This document shows, piece after piece, positions 26,122 through 40,747 of a stretch of DNA of 64,000 bases (position 1 is the stretch's first letter; every line of letters starts with the position of its first letter). Below the pieces are notes generated by a model that worked only from the letters and a program-made list of their open reading frames with translations, searched no databases and was not told where the DNA came from. This DNA is from Antedon mediterranea (Eukaryota; Animalia; Echinodermata), in contig NC_092678.1 in assembly GCF_964355755.1 (NCBI RefSeq), forward strand, positions 25,127,365 through 25,191,364, given 5' to 3'. A program made the translations under genes and the position numbers.

Positions 26122-29100
26122 ATGGCACAAATAGGAAACAGCAATACACCAAATATGGGTAGTGATGCTAGAAGTATTGATATAACTGCTACGGAACAAG
26201 TAGAAACATTTACGGTAAGCATTGAATCTCCCTTTTTAGCTAGCTAGGCCTACTGTACTAGCTAGCCTATTTAGGCCTCCTAGTCAGCTAAATTAACTAC
26301 TAGGCCATAGGCCGAGAGGGACAGCCAGGCCACAGGAATATTCGGCCCAGTGGCAGGATATAGACAGCTTTACTACTATACTTACCAAACCTAGTAGGCC
26401 TACCCAATCTAAATATAGTTAAAACCGGATCCGTTAAACATGGGCTTCTATACTACTTATAGGATAGGCTTATTTTGTCAATAAATATTAATGCAGTTTT
26501 TACAAAAACAAGCTGTGTCTTATCCATAATATTAGGCCTATATATATACTGTATAGGATGGAAAATTTAAAGTGTCAATGTAATTACAATAATACAAATG
26601 TTAACATTTTGACAAAATGTTAATTATAATTTGATGTTGTTTATTTCACAGGTATATGTCATTCAAGTCACAATGGGAGAATGCTTTTGGACCGTCAAAC
26701 ACAGATACAGTGAATTTCACGAGCTGCACGAGAAATTAGTGTCGGATAAAAAAGTAGAAAAGTCTGCTCTGCCGCCAAAGAAACTCATCGGCAACACTTC
26801 TAAATCCTTCATTCAGAAGCGTAAACAAGAACTGGCAGTTTATCTGCAGAAGTTGATGGAGAGATACGATCCGTTGCCGTCACATCTTTCACGCTTCCTT
26901 GAGTTTGATATATATGTAAGTTGAACTTTAACCTTTAACCTTCTACACCAAGATTGTTGACAGCTTGAGACATTTGTTACTTGACGATCTCTATCCTAAC
27001 TTACTTATGCACTTGTCAATTGTATAACACTTATACGACAGGATAGGTGCGTCATTTGTCCGATGTGTGTCATACTTACCTCTCCCGGGTAGTATATAGT
27101 GGTTGAACTATGGGGTGAACAAACTTTAACCTTCTTCATCAAGATTTTTAGATCTGTGAGTGTGACAGCTAATACCTATGTTATGCCACTGAACAAAACA
27201 TTGTTTTATATTTTAAAGGATGTGACTGGTGTATCCCAGGCTCTTGCCAGGGAACTCTATGAGAAAGGTGATCTTATCCTATCAAGTGGTGAGGTGTGTG
27301 AGATGACACCAATGCAGTTGTTTGCTATTACTGAGAGACTCAAGTTACCTCTACCAACATGTGGTATGTGAACAGTATAATGTTGGATAGCCGAGTGGTT
27401 AGGACACTTGACTGTCATACAGATAGACCCGGGTTCAATTCCCGACAACTTCCAGTCCACTCAGCTGTAAATGAGTACCTGGTTGAAAATACTAGGGAGA
27501 AAAAAGGCGGCATGGAAAGGAACTGGCCACCGTACCACATAATGCTGAGGCTTAGTACAATGAGCTCCTAACAGCTTATTCCCCTACGTTCGGAATGAAC
27601 ACGGGACTCACCTTCTTGTAATGTGCTTTGTATAATTTTGTAACCTTATAATATGACATTCTTAACTTCAGATTCTAGGGTCAAACAACATTAGTTTTTA
27701 CGTACACAAGATCAGTAATTGACAATTCTATTATGTGATCAGCTGGTTATATTCTCAACCAAACAAATTATATGAAATTGTCATGAACTAATATGAATTT
27801 AAAGATTAATTGACATTTTAATTTCACTCATTTCTGTTTTTTTTTTTTGCTGACAGTTACTGGAGATGCCCGTAATGACCTAGGTCACATCATGGACTTC
27901 CTTGCGCAATTAAAATATCTCAGGGTAAATATTTATAATGCACTCGAAAAAAAAATCTGTATTCTGACTTTGTAACATCAGTACATGTTCCAGAAACTTT
28001 CACATAATCCTTAAAATGTTCTCTGTTACATAAAGTTTTCATAGCCAAAACTTATATTTCATAAACCTACAATTGACTCCTTTGCATAGTAAGTCTCTAA
28101 TTTATATAAACTGTTTTCTTGTGTAGATTGTTGGATCACATAACATGCTAGGCACCAGTAATAGAAAGGTCGATGAACTTCAGTTTGATATCAGTCCATT
28201 TAAAAACCTTATCCACTTACAGGTAATTGATTGCTTTATTGTTTATATGAACACTTTTTTTACTGCAGTAACTACATGTATTGCAGTAACTACATTTACT
28301 GCAGTAACTTCAATGTAATGTTTATGTGGTATAATATCTGTAGGTGTGAAATATGAGTACATTAGGGAATATCACTATCATATTTGGGAATATCACTACT
28401 ATATTTGGGAATATCACTACTATATTTGGGAATATCACTACCATATTTGGGAATATCACTATCATATATATGTATGTTTTGTCAAACTAATAGTGTAGAC
28501 AGAGCTTAAGGTTTGTTTTTTGGTTCTTGTTATAGATTGATATTTGTGATTTGAAGATGATTTTTGGGTTAGAGTCATTGAAGAAAACGTTACAAACACT
28601 ATGTGTACATAAGTCAGCTAAAAGCGTTAAGGTATTATTGTGGAGCTTGGTGGTTAACATGCTTGCCTTCCAAACCCAGTCCAATCCTGACCTAGTGACA
28701 GGGCTGTACTGTTACTCATGAATTTTTCAACTCCACTCTCTAAGCCTCAAATGAGACTTAGTTTATAAGCTGAAGATAAATTATTTTTAAATAATTTATC
28801 CTCTTGTAATTGGCCAGTTGCTTAGATGCGTATACAATTGATAACTTCCTTTATTTGTTATTGTTGTCCTTGGTTACAGGACATTCTACTGCCGTCGGTC
28901 AAGGATTGGTCAGCCCCCGAGAACACTGTGAACGACGGTTGCACAACAGCGTATGTGCCAGCCTGGAAGTGCATCACTACCGCAGATTTCAGTCGTAATG
29001 ATTTGCCTACTATAGATGAAACTGTCGTATGTTTACTTAATTTATTCTGACAACTTTTATTTAAAACTCTGTCTCTCTACAGATAAATTAATTAAAATTC

Positions 29101-32100
29101 TTTTTTCTTGTTAGAAACTTTTAGCAAAGGTTGAATACCTGTTCATTGGCAACAACAAAATTACTGAAATCACCAATTTGGAACATCTAAGTTGCCTCAC
29201 ATACCTGGATTTATCATTCAATGAGATTGAAAAGATGGACTGTCTGCACTCAAGGCTAGGCAATGTGAAAACCTTGAGGTTAACTGGTAACAAGTTAAAA
29301 TCACTGAAAGGGATGAATAAAATGTATTCACTCGTAGAACTGGACATCAGCAGGAATCAAATTGAAAATGTCAGTTCTACTTCTTTTATAGTTTTTCTGA
29401 TCGAGGACCCCCAAAAAAATCTGTCTACACTATCAATCTAGTTTGACAAAAAAATGTTATGTGCCCAAATATGGTAGTGATACTGTATGACATCATCATG
29501 TCCATATGGGCACATCACAATTTTTTGTTACATAAGGTTTGATAGTGTAGACAGAGCTTAATATTTTCTCAAGTGGGGTTTCTCGGGATGTTTCAAATAA
29601 TAAATATTGGGTGAAGTTATCATATCGATGCCAAACTAGGCAGACTGTGCAAACGTAGCCCTGAGAAATACAAATATGATAATATATTATGATATAAACA
29701 GGCTGGTTTCCCTGTACATTTGGTATATACAATTCAGCTATTAATCAATTCCAATGCGTAACCCTTCGTAGCCTACTACTTCGTAGTTTTTTATCGCTAT
29801 TGTACGAATTATTGTTTTTTATCATGATCCCACGCAATACCATGGAAAGATATTGTTTTTTTATCGCGATTCCATGCATCTTGTGGAGCTGCGATCAAAA
29901 CACGACACCACCCATAGCCACAAACCTGGAACATGGAGAATGTTGCCGGAATTTTTAGCTGGATTATATAATGTAATTTTGTGATTTTTATTTTTCTACT
30001 ATAACTACAGGTGGTGGAAGTTAGTCATATTTGCAATCTGCCTTGTATAGAAGTACTACAGATGTATGGAAACCCAATTACTAATGTTCAAGATTATAGA
30101 ACTAAAGTGTTTGAATTATTTGTGAGTCGAGTGTCGGAACTAAACCTGGACGGCCAGAAAGCGTCTGAGAAAGAGAAGGTAAGTTGGTACTGTGAAGCTC
30201 TGTCTACACTATCAAACTAATTTGACAAAAAAAAAGTGTGATGTGCCCAAATATGGTAGTGATTTCCTTAATATGGTAGTGATATGATATCATTATGTCC
30301 ATATATAGGCATATCATATTTTTTGTCACATAAAGTTTGATAGTGTAGACAGTGCTTGAGGGTGTCAAATATCAATCAGTTCTTTACAATTTTGTGTCTA
30401 TTGTAAGATATAGGTGCACAAGTTTTAGAATAATTCTAAAATAATTTTTAGAATTTAAATTAAAGCTTAAGACTTTGACTTTTCTACATGATTTCATTCA
30501 TTGCATTGTGTCAATGCGCCATGAGCATCTAAGGTATCCTTATTATTATTAAGTGTTCAGAAGTGGCATTATTATTTTGTGGTTTTTTTGTTACAGGATA
30601 CAGTAGCTGTACTAATGGCGATTCAGAAATCTAAAGATCACAAGGAAAGGTTAACGAAGCAAAGTTCACCTCATAAAAAGGTAACAATGTAATAAGCAAT
30701 GTTGATAAAAATACAGCATCATTTCTTTTATTGAATACCATTATATTCCATTATACTCATTGTAAGTGAGTGAGTATAATTGCCCGACTTGTAAACACAG
30801 GTTTAAGTCTTTGCCTGCCATTATACTCATTGTGAGTGAGTGAGTATGATTGGCTGACTTGTAAACACAGGTTTAAGTCCTTGCCTGCCATTATACTCAT
30901 TGTGAGTGAGTGAGTATGATTGGCCGGCTTGTAAACACAGGTTTAAGTCTTTGCCTGCCATTATACTCATTGTGAGTGAGTGAGTATGATTGGCTGACTT
31001 GTAAACACAGGTTTAAGTCCTTGCCTGCCATTATACTCATTGTGAGTGAGTGAGTATGATTGGCCGACTTGTAAACACAGGTTTAAGTCCTTGCCTGCCA
31101 TTATACTCATTGTGAGTGAGTGAGTATGATTGGCTGACTTGTAAACACAGGTTTAAGTCCTTGCCTGCCATTATACTCATTGTGAGTGAGTGAGTATGAT
31201 TGGCCGACTTGTAAACACAGGTTTAAGTCCTTGCCTGCCATTATACTCATTGTGAGTGAGTGAGTATGATTGGCCGGCTTGTAAACACAGGTTTAAGTCC
31301 TTGCCTGCCATTATACTCATTGTGAGTGAGTGAGTATGATTGGCCGACTTGTAAACACAGGTTTAAGTCCTTGCCTGCCATTATACTCATTGTGAGTGAG
31401 TGAGTATGATTGGCCGGCTTGTAAACACAGGTTTAAATCCTTGCCTGCCATTATACTTATTGTGAGTGAGTGAGTATGATTGGCTGACTTGTAAACACAG
31501 GTTTAAGTCCTTGCCTGCCATTATACTAATTGTGAGTGAGTGAGTATGATTGGCTGACTTGTAAACACAGGTTTAAGTCCTTGCCTGCCATTATACTCAT
31601 TGTGAGTGAGTGAGTGAGTGAGTATGATTGGCCGGCTTGTAAACACAGGTTTAAAGGGGGATTCTGGGTTTAAAATTGCTTTTAAATATCGTTTATTTAT
31701 TAAATAAAAAATATTATAACAATATAGACATGTCAGAATGAAGAAGTAATAACGAGAAATTAAAAAAATTAAATTTCATATACATTTTAGGGTAACTTCA
31801 TGGAAAGTCTGTTTTTCAGCAGCTTAGGGAAGCTCATTAATATTCATGAGATATTCACAAAATCACGTATTTATTCCAAACTCGCGACGTCATGTACGTT
31901 GTGTTTGTCAACTAATTTACATCTCTCTCCCATGTCAAACGACAACCACCCGATCATTGTGAAATACATTTTTTGTAGATTTTCTAAGCTAGGCCTAAAG
32001 TGTAATAATAACAGTAGTAGCATATATTTATTTGACATTTAATGAAATACAAAATTTAGTACAGATTACGGAGTCATAAATTATACTATTTGTATACCTC

Positions 32101-35100
32101 ATAGTACAGATCGTATTATCGGCTTCACGTACAATACTACTCTAGGCCTAGCCTAATGGGCGAGAGCCATTCTGACTAGGGATTCCATGCCACGATGGCT
32201 ACGTTAAAACAATGGGGCCCATGGGCCTAGAGCTAGCCTACTACTAGACGATTGGCCCATAAATAACAAAACCCATCCTATCAACCAAACTCCTAAACAA
32301 TCTAAACCTAAAACGTTCTACAAAATCGACTGTAAATATTGAAGCAAAACAAGGTCCGATCGCCGTCCACACGTATGGTGTCCCGATCGTCTAAGTAGGC
32401 CTAAAATAAAATAGGCTTAGTTTACTCTCCAAAAAAGCGGATACTCATGCATCAAGCAAGTAGACCAGGTAGTAGGAAGGAGACCTAGCCGATCCGGCCC
32501 AGTTAAAAATTGAGCTAGCTATAAGTGTAGTAGACCCTATGCGAATTGATACTACCAGGCCTTTTACTATAGGCTGCACTACACAAATATTCCAACTCTC
32601 TCATTCGAGCTATATTATCTATACCATTCCGGTAGGTCGAGTCGACCTTCAATCAAATACTGTACATCGTTCATGTTGTGATTATAGACGGGGTATACTC
32701 GACCCGACCGGTTTGGTATGGTTGTATCTGCTTATCACGTGACTATGCCAGGCATGGGCAGCAGAGAGAGCACGTGTATCGTCGTCTCGCTCGATCCTCA
32801 GCAGGAATGTACAGTATACGTTACGCTTCATTGATTTTGATTTTCCCTAAGTCGGTGCGAAAATCGGCAAACGTAAAGTGCAAACATATATAATTTTTCA
32901 CTGTTTTGATGAATTTTCATAAAAAATTGACTTTATAAATGGGAAGACCGACTAAAATTACATCAGATAAGTATAATTTTACAAAAGTAATTGATATGGT
33001 TAATGATAACGAGTCGTCGGAAGATGGACCATTTCACGAATTTCCTATTTTGTAACCACAGTGTGATTTTGCCGTAGCTGCACTTGTAATCTGGCCTGAT
33101 TTCACAGCCTTCGTTCTGCTTCACTGGGCGCTTATATAAATTGAAACTTTTACCGTTCAAGAGACAAACAAATATATTTTACATTTTTTACTATTCATTT
33201 TAAACCCGGAACCCCCCTTTAAGTCCTTGCCTGCAAGTTACTTTGATCAAAGCAATCTAACAACAGGACACTGAGCTTGCTTTGCCAAGATAGGAACTAG
33301 CAACATTCCTCTGATCTTATGTCTGGCTGCGACAAATACCAACAGTACTGTACTATGTACATATTCTCTGCGGCGCGGTGTCTGTTAAGGGTGTTGAAGT
33401 GATCGTGTCGCAGCAGCCACATTGATTTCCAGAGCTCAGCATCCTATTGTTAGATTGCCTTGCTTTCATACTGTAGGACCTCAGCATCCTATTGTTAGAT
33501 TGCCTTGCTTTCATACTGTAGGACCTCCATTGTGTGTTTGCATAGTTTACATTTTTTATTTAAATTATTAATTAATGTGTCGGTATCACAGAGAATATTA
33601 GAGGCTAGTTAAAATGTTTTTTGCTAATGACATTATTTTATTGTTTAAATATCTTTTTAATTCTTTTTTTGCCAAACTTGCATAGTATAAAATGACCTTC
33701 TACCACATGGATTGTGAATGCAACATGATGGTATAATATTAGGTTAACCTAAATATAAGTTTAAAAGTATTAATGACAGTATTGTTATCTTGTATTATAT
33801 TTGTATTATCATATAGGATGACACGGCAGAATCTTCCAGTCTAACAGTAATATATTTTCATTTTCATGCTATTTAAAAATTGTCTTCTGAAAATGAAATG
33901 ATTTGTAACAATGCTCAAATGTTCTTGGTTGAAACAATTCTTTTGTGATGACTTTTGTGTTCCAAGTACATACTTGTGCGCGATTAAGAATTTGGCTCAC
34001 TTTTCGAAAAGAGTAGGGAATGGTCTTTTCTGGTCGTGGACTTGTACGGAAGAAGTTAACCAGTAAGAAGAAATAAATGAACCAATCAGTCGTATTTGGC
34101 ATTGTTTAAAATGTGTTTCCTTACCAAATTTAATGTTTTATATTAATTCAAGACTTTCAGAAGACAATTATACTATTGTTTCAAGCTAAGTTCTTTCTTT
34201 TACAAACCGTCAATTTGATCAATACTGCTGGTTGTTGTAGACATAGAAATCAATATTATTAGTTTTTCCACTTCATCAGAACCAAACCATTGTATTTTGC
34301 ACGAATTGAATTTAGAATGCGGTGAAAGTGCTTTGTCTTTATATCTTTTCTTGCCACTTTTCTAACCAAAGACTAAATTACATTATATTGATAAAATAAC
34401 AAAAAAGCAATTAACCAGATTTGTTCAAATTGAATAGGTTTTCTTAACTAACCAATGAATATATTATGTTCAACTTTTTATTTTAAAATTTTATTTATTT
34501 TGCCTCACAACTGCTGCAAGTGCAATAAACATATTATTATATAATACAATAAATGAAAAATCAAGACTCAGGTTAATATTTCAACATATTTATTAACACT
34601 ACAGACTGTTTCATGAGAGAGATAAAAATACCTCCTCAATCTTCAGATGTTAGGCTCTGAAATGTTGAAATATTAACCCGAGTCTTGATTTTTCATTTAT
34701 ATTGTTCTACCTCTGTATCGAGCACTATTATTCATGATCTGGATCAAGTCTACCACACAGATTATATAATACAATATATATTATATAACAGTATATAGGC
34801 TGGCATATATAATAGGAGTTGTGCTTTTAAAACTATTTAGGCAGTATCACTATTAATATTATCACTGGCTTATTGTATGGGTACATCCGTTTATTTATGT
34901 TTATAAGTTTATGTTAGTGTAACATGGTTGTAGTTCTAGATGAGTTTCTACCACCACCACCACCACACTGTCTAAAGTGTATTTAAGAACTAACTTAATT
35001 TCCTCTTGAACCTTACCCAAGTTGGTACTATTTGAAAATCATATGCAACCCTCAACATTTTGTAACCACAACAAAATGTTTCAGCTACTGGTGATGGTTT

Positions 35101-38100
35101 TGTTTCATTTGAAATGGTGTCAATAACTAGTACTTCTACAATGAACAGTTGCTTTACCAATGTGGTCTTTGTGTTTAAGTCCTTTTCTATCATAAATACT
35201 TATTGTTTATCAAATTTGCATTAGTTTTCTCGTCATCTGCAGGTCAAAAAGTACTGAAATTCCCAATAAAGTAGTGGAGCTGTAGCTTATTGGTTATCAT
35301 GCTTGCCTGCGAATCCCAAGGTCCATGGTTCAATCCTAGCCAGGGTTGTCACATGATAGTGTAGACAGAGCCTAAGCATGATAAATTATAAAATAGTTTA
35401 TCCATCCTGTAATTGGTGAGTTTGTGCTCGCTGTTGGATGCGTATAAAAAAGGTTTACAATTTTTGTCTTTCCAGAAAGTGAACAAAGCAACAATAATTG
35501 ATCCAGACAACAGTACTAACGATTCACCAGGATCAAATCAGTCCGCATGTAAGTGTATCGTCCACCCATGAGTGTAAATAGTCACCACAATAAGCATGAG
35601 AACATTCCCCCACATTTATTGTCGCAAGTATATTCAAGATGGAAAACCAACAGGATGCGAAACTCATTCTCTCTACTGCAATGAGGCAATTAAATGAAAC
35701 TTGGAAACTTTGATCATTTTATGCTACCTTACACACACCAATCTTGCCATACCCTTACACACATCAATTTTGCCATACCCTTACACACATCAATCTTGTT
35801 ATACCCTTACACACACCAATCTTGCTATACCCTTACACACACCAATCTTGCCATACCCTTACACACATCAATCTTGCCATACCCTTACACACATCAATCT
35901 TGCTATACCCTTACACACACCAATCTTGCTATATCCTTACACACACCAATCTTGCTATATCCTTACACACACCAATCTTGCTATATCCTTACACACACCA
36001 ATCTTGCTATACCATTACACACACCAATCTTGCCATACCCTTACACACATCAATCTTGCCATACCATTACACACAACAATCTTGCTATACCATTACACAC
36101 ACCAATCTTGCTATATCCTTACACACACCAATCTTGCTATACCATTACACACACCAATCTTGCCATACCCTTACACACATCAATCTTGCTATACCATTAC
36201 ACACACCAATCTTGCTATACCATTACATTCACCAATCTTGCCATACCCTTACACACATCAATCTTGCTATACCATTACACACACCAATCTTGCTATACCA
36301 TTACACACACCAATCTTGCTATACCATTACACACACCAATCTTGCTATACCATTACACACACCAATCTTGCCATACCATTACACACACCAATCTTGCCAT
36401 ACCCTTACACACATCAATCTTGCCATACCCTTACACACACCAATCTTGCCATACCATTACACACACCAATCTTGCTATACCATTACACACACCAATCTTG
36501 CTATACCATTACACACACCAATCTTGCTATACCATTACACACACCAATCTTGCCATACCCTTACACACACCAATCTTGCCATACCCTTACACACACCAAT
36601 CTTGCTATACCATTACAAACACCAATCTTACTTGTATTTTAAACAATGTATTTTATCAGTATTATAAACATAGTATTTTATCAACAAACGAAAATAATTT
36701 TGTGCTATATTTTACTGTGTTTAACCTTGAAAAATTAAATGAAATAATGTACAAAACTATTGTACTTTATTCAGTAAATATCTGTAATTGTTTCACCAGC
36801 CACTGAGATTGACAATGCACAATATCGCTTTAAAGTGGAAGCCTTACGAAATGAAAGTGGAGAAAAGTGGTTGAAAGTTTTTAATGAACTCCAAGACTCC
36901 CCTCAAACATCACCAAAAGCAAGTCGCAAAGGCAGCAAATCTCCCAAACGAGGGCGCTCTCCAACACCATCTCAGAATAATTCACTATCAAATCCACGAA
37001 GGTTTGTATTCAAATTTTAAGGTCGTTTTTTAAAAACTTTCAATGTCCATCATTTTGTTTTTAGTGTCTTTGAAAAATATAAAAAATTACCTTATTTCTA
37101 GTTTAAAAAAGTGAACAATTATATGTTTTATGCATAGTTGCAGCACCTTTTTTTTGTCTTTTTTATGTTTTAGATTTATATTTTTATACAAATATGTTAA
37201 AATCAATCGCAATTCAGTTTTACTGTGAAGATTATTTGTAATAAATATACCATTATAAATGTTTGTGTTGTTGACAGGGCCAACGATACAGACTGGAAAC
37301 CCACTTTACAATGGCAGAGTCAGCAAAGAAGTGAGCCTTTTGTACTTAACCCAACAACACTGGCACTTGTTATCTTTGAAGAAATTCCTCGCTACTCTGT
37401 TAGAAACCTTGTCGAATTAAATGCACTTTTATTGCAAATTCGTATGGAACTTTTGGGACCAATCCTTTACACCTGCGGACCATTAGAGCGTAAATCGGTT
37501 AAAAGTGAGTATACAAAGCCGGGCAATAACGGACCGTCGATTGCCGAATACTTACGAAGCATGTCAGCTGAATTACAGGAAGATTTTGTGAAGTATCTCC
37601 GTAGTTTATTTGAGGGTCGAGTCGAGCTGAAATCTACAAAGGTAAAAATAAGTAAGGAAATGATTGGCAGCGTGTTAGCGTACTCTTTGAATGCCGTGGA
37701 GGAAGTAGAAGCGGACAAGCAGAGCCGATTACAAGAGACTGAAACGGAAAGTGAAAGTGGGTCATCTAGGAAGTCTAGTAGCAGCAGTGCAAGAGGACTA
37801 AATCTAGGCCCAAGCATCAAGAAACCAAACAGCCCTACAGCGGTTGTACAGCCAGTCATTGATGATGCTAGTTCAGGAAACTTTACCGGAAAGAACGAAA
37901 GTACCGATCAAGCTGCAGAAGGTGCAGTAGCATCAAACGAATGCATAGAGCAGGAGGAAGTTGCAACTGAACAGTTAGTGAACTCAGCGGATGATTTACC
38001 TGATATTGTATACGATGAAAAAACAATAAGATTGAGTACATGCTATGATGATAAACTTCATTTAGCTCACCTGACCCAATGTAACAAAGTGACCGACCTT

Positions 38101-39357
38101 CATCTGACCCCTGCACTACAACAGTTAGCCTGCCTACAAGATGAACAAATCATCAAATATTTTCATGAAAATGTCGCACAAATTTCAAAAGAGAAGGAAT
38201 GGCTTAGTCATATTTTATGGACAAAGGTGATATTTTACATTCACCCAAACGAGGAACTTACCTATTGCCTGTTACTAAGCAACAAGGCATTATACTTTGT
38301 CAGTGATCAAGCGATTCAGTTGAAAAAGCAGCACTTTAGAGGTCACAAACGATATCAAAGCGACTCCTTTGTTGGAATGCGTAACAACGCAAACAATGTT
38401 ATGAATTTCTCCGCAGGTCGTCCTGGAGTGCCTACCTCGGCAAGCGGTGACCTCTTGAACGTGAACTCGGAAATTTACTTAAACAGAGTGAAATGCCAGC
38501 ATACTTTACATTTTGAGAATTTAGACGAGGTAATAGTTGGTTTATTCGATCAAAAACTACGCCTAACTGGAAAAAGTGGTGCGGATACTGTTACGCTAAT
38601 GACGAGAGAGTTCAGCAAGACGCGGACATTTATTGAGAAACTCATGGATGCACTTCCTGTCTCGGGCCGCAACGAGAAAGACGACGATCGCTTGCGAACC
38701 TCCTCGTGGGCAGATATGTACAAAGCGTCTATTAATGATCGCAGTAGTCATGAAACCTCTGAATTTGTACACCCAAGTGACGTTAAATTTATTTACCCGA
38801 ATGAAGAAACAATTACGGAATTAGCGTATATTGTCACCGAGAAAGTGAAAGATAAAAAACTTGTTGCAAAAGAAGTCAAAGTTGTTGCTTACTCGCTTGT
38901 TCTTGAGAAACAGAAACATCCAAGTGAGCAGGAGCAGGCCGTGTATGAGACCCGTACGTTCATTATAACCGATTCTCACTTAGCCTTGTGCAAAGAGGAT
39001 CACGTTAGTTACCCCATTCCAAGTTATGCCAGATCCATTCCTGAAACTTCACAGTACACAGTAACCGAAGTCATTCCGACTAAAAGCTTAAGAGAGGTTG
39101 AGGTTAACGAAGCATTGCCAAAGAATTTGACACTCACGTTTGACAACCCTGAGATAGTTGTTGATGTTAGCAAAGAACACTTTAGTGAGAAGTCGCATGA
39201 AAACGAGCGTACAGACAGCGTCAGCTGGTTTCTGACCGTACAAACGTTGCAGCAGAGAGATCGTTTAATCAAACTTCTTCAGCAGCAGTGGTTACAGATC
39301 CACGATGATCAAGAGTTACGAATCGTTGGTATTAATAAACCGAATCATGCTGAATAA
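26122..39357 (+). CDS. NISCH: Nischarin-like protein (PX domain, LRRs, long C-terminal domain)
   Basis: Exons 26122-26214, 26652-26915 (PX: WTVKHRYSEFHELHEKL..LPPKKLIG), 27219-27363, 27857-27924 (DARNDLGHIMDF), 28127-28222, 28536-28631, 28880-29026, 29115-29369 (LRR), 30011-30178, 30597-30680, 35476-35548, 36800-37001, 37278-39357 (VGLFDQ, LCKEDHVSYP). Phases are consistent; an extra small exon at 33817-33846 is possible. Confidence 0.9.
27385..27615 (+). mobile_element. tRNA-derived SINE in a NISCH intron
   Basis: A box TAGCCGAGTGG, B box GGTTCAATTCC, central CCACTCAGCTGTAAATGAGTACC motif typical of invertebrate SINEs. Confidence 0.75.
30748..31654. repeat. 70-bp minisatellite, ~13 copies, intronic
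   Basis: Unit CCATTATACTCATTGTGAGTGAGTGAGTATGATTGGCCGACTTGTAAACACAGGTTTAAGTCCTTGCCTG. Confidence 0.97.
31655..33218. mobile_element. Non-autonomous TTAA-targeting DNA transposon (Kolobok-like)
   Basis: TIRs AGGGGGATTCTGGGTTTAAAAT / ATTTTAAACCCGGAACCCCCCT; TTAA duplicated at 31651-31654 and 33219-33222; the interrupted satellite unit resumes (GTCCTTGCCTG) after it. Confidence 0.88.
34536..34776. mobile_element. Small Penelope-derived element: inverted pLTR fragments with a hammerhead-like motif
   Basis: 16-bp direct repeat ATTATATAATACAATA at 34536 and 34761; ~40-bp inverted arms 34547-34587 and 34662-34704; minus-strand CTGAAGA..stem..GAAACAGTC. Confidence 0.7.
35724..36629. repeat. 26-bp minisatellite (CCTTACACACACCAATCTTGCTATAC), ~35 copies, intronic
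   Basis: Direct tandem units; produces spurious ORFs in all three plus frames. Confidence 0.97.
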
Positions 39358-40747
39358 AGACGGTGGGATGCACAAGAAATGTTTTTATTATTTATTTTAT
39401 TTTATATATTTAGGCAAATTACAGAGGAAAACAATAAGTGAATTTATTTACTATCCTTCTTAAAGGTGGCAATCCTGTTCACAAGACAAAAAATATACAC
39501 AAGATGCTCTACATATACAACGTCTTATTACAAGTCTTTGGGAGTGGAGTTTTTTTTTTTTTTGGTAATGAGAACAATTTCGGACATATTTCAGGACCCT
39601 TAGATTAGTAGCCAAGCATCTTTCTGTATGAACCAATCAACTTGTGCTCGGCAAAAAAAAATCTGATAAGTACTTCTTTCATTTGAATAGTAAACGTTTT
39701 TGACCTTTGGATTATTTTGAAGCATATACTTAGACTCTCTTTTTTGTACCACATGAAAATCAACCAGTTTTTATTCTTAACAAGTTTTTATTCGTACTGT
39801 AGTACTGTGCAATTTCTAATTATTACTTGTAATTATTTTTATCATCAAACGATTTTTTTTTTATTGTTCATAGGAATATATCATAGAGATATATAGTTCA
39901 CTATAAATATATCTATCATCATAAAATGTTTTGTTACATTACAACTCTTTACTTAAAATGATAGACTTTGACTTAAAGTTAGTTTTTGGGTTATGGTTAA
40001 TTAAAGTGCCTTAATATAATTCAAAATCTAATAATTGCTTATTTAATGGGAAATTCTCTTTGGTGCATATTCCCCTTTAAACTCTGTCTAATAATAAATA
40101 AATAGTATATAGAAATAATATATTATAGTGTTGATTTTCTAAAATTACTAAGTTCCCACTAGAATGCAACGCAAGGACGTCAGCCTCAACCCAAGCGAAT
40201 TGACCAATCACGAGGAGCGGTTCGGATAATCCATCGCTTGGATTGGTCAATTGGCTCGCATTGCGGCTTTTATCCTTGCGTTGCGTTCTAGTGAGAACCA
40301 AGCCTAAATTTGTCTTTATGAATTTATATCAAAGTAGCTTATTACAATTAAGGGGAATGTATTTATAGGGAGCTTTTCGATTTGTGACACCGGATGACCA
40401 AAATACGTCTATATATTTATGTTCAGTCATGCATTGTAGTGTACTTATATATTATATAGGATCATTTAACTCAAGTGCACTGATGTAGATTGGCACCCTA
40501 TAAATAAACAACAATTATTATTGGAAAGCATCAAACATCGTGATTGGTGACGCACTACAAAAAAATATAAAGAAATTCAAATTCCAAATAAAAGTGTAAT
40601 TTAATATATGCAATGAGTCATTCTCATTAATTTTTATTCATTTTAGTAATATATCTAATATCTTGTATTTTTGCATGGTGAGATCAAATAAAAGTTTAGT
40701 ATAAACAAGTGTGCAACTTCTTTTCATCCAAACAATTACTAATCACA

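Noticed and set aside
30748-31654. Regular arrays here and at 1-170 as possible CRISPR
   Set aside because: Units are head-to-tail with no unique spacers, no cas genes, and the context is eukaryotic
35694-36806. Three overlapping 300-370 aa His/Tyr/Pro-rich ORFs
   Set aside because: Translation of a 26-bp intronic minisatellite that lacks stops; open in all three frames with identical periodic content
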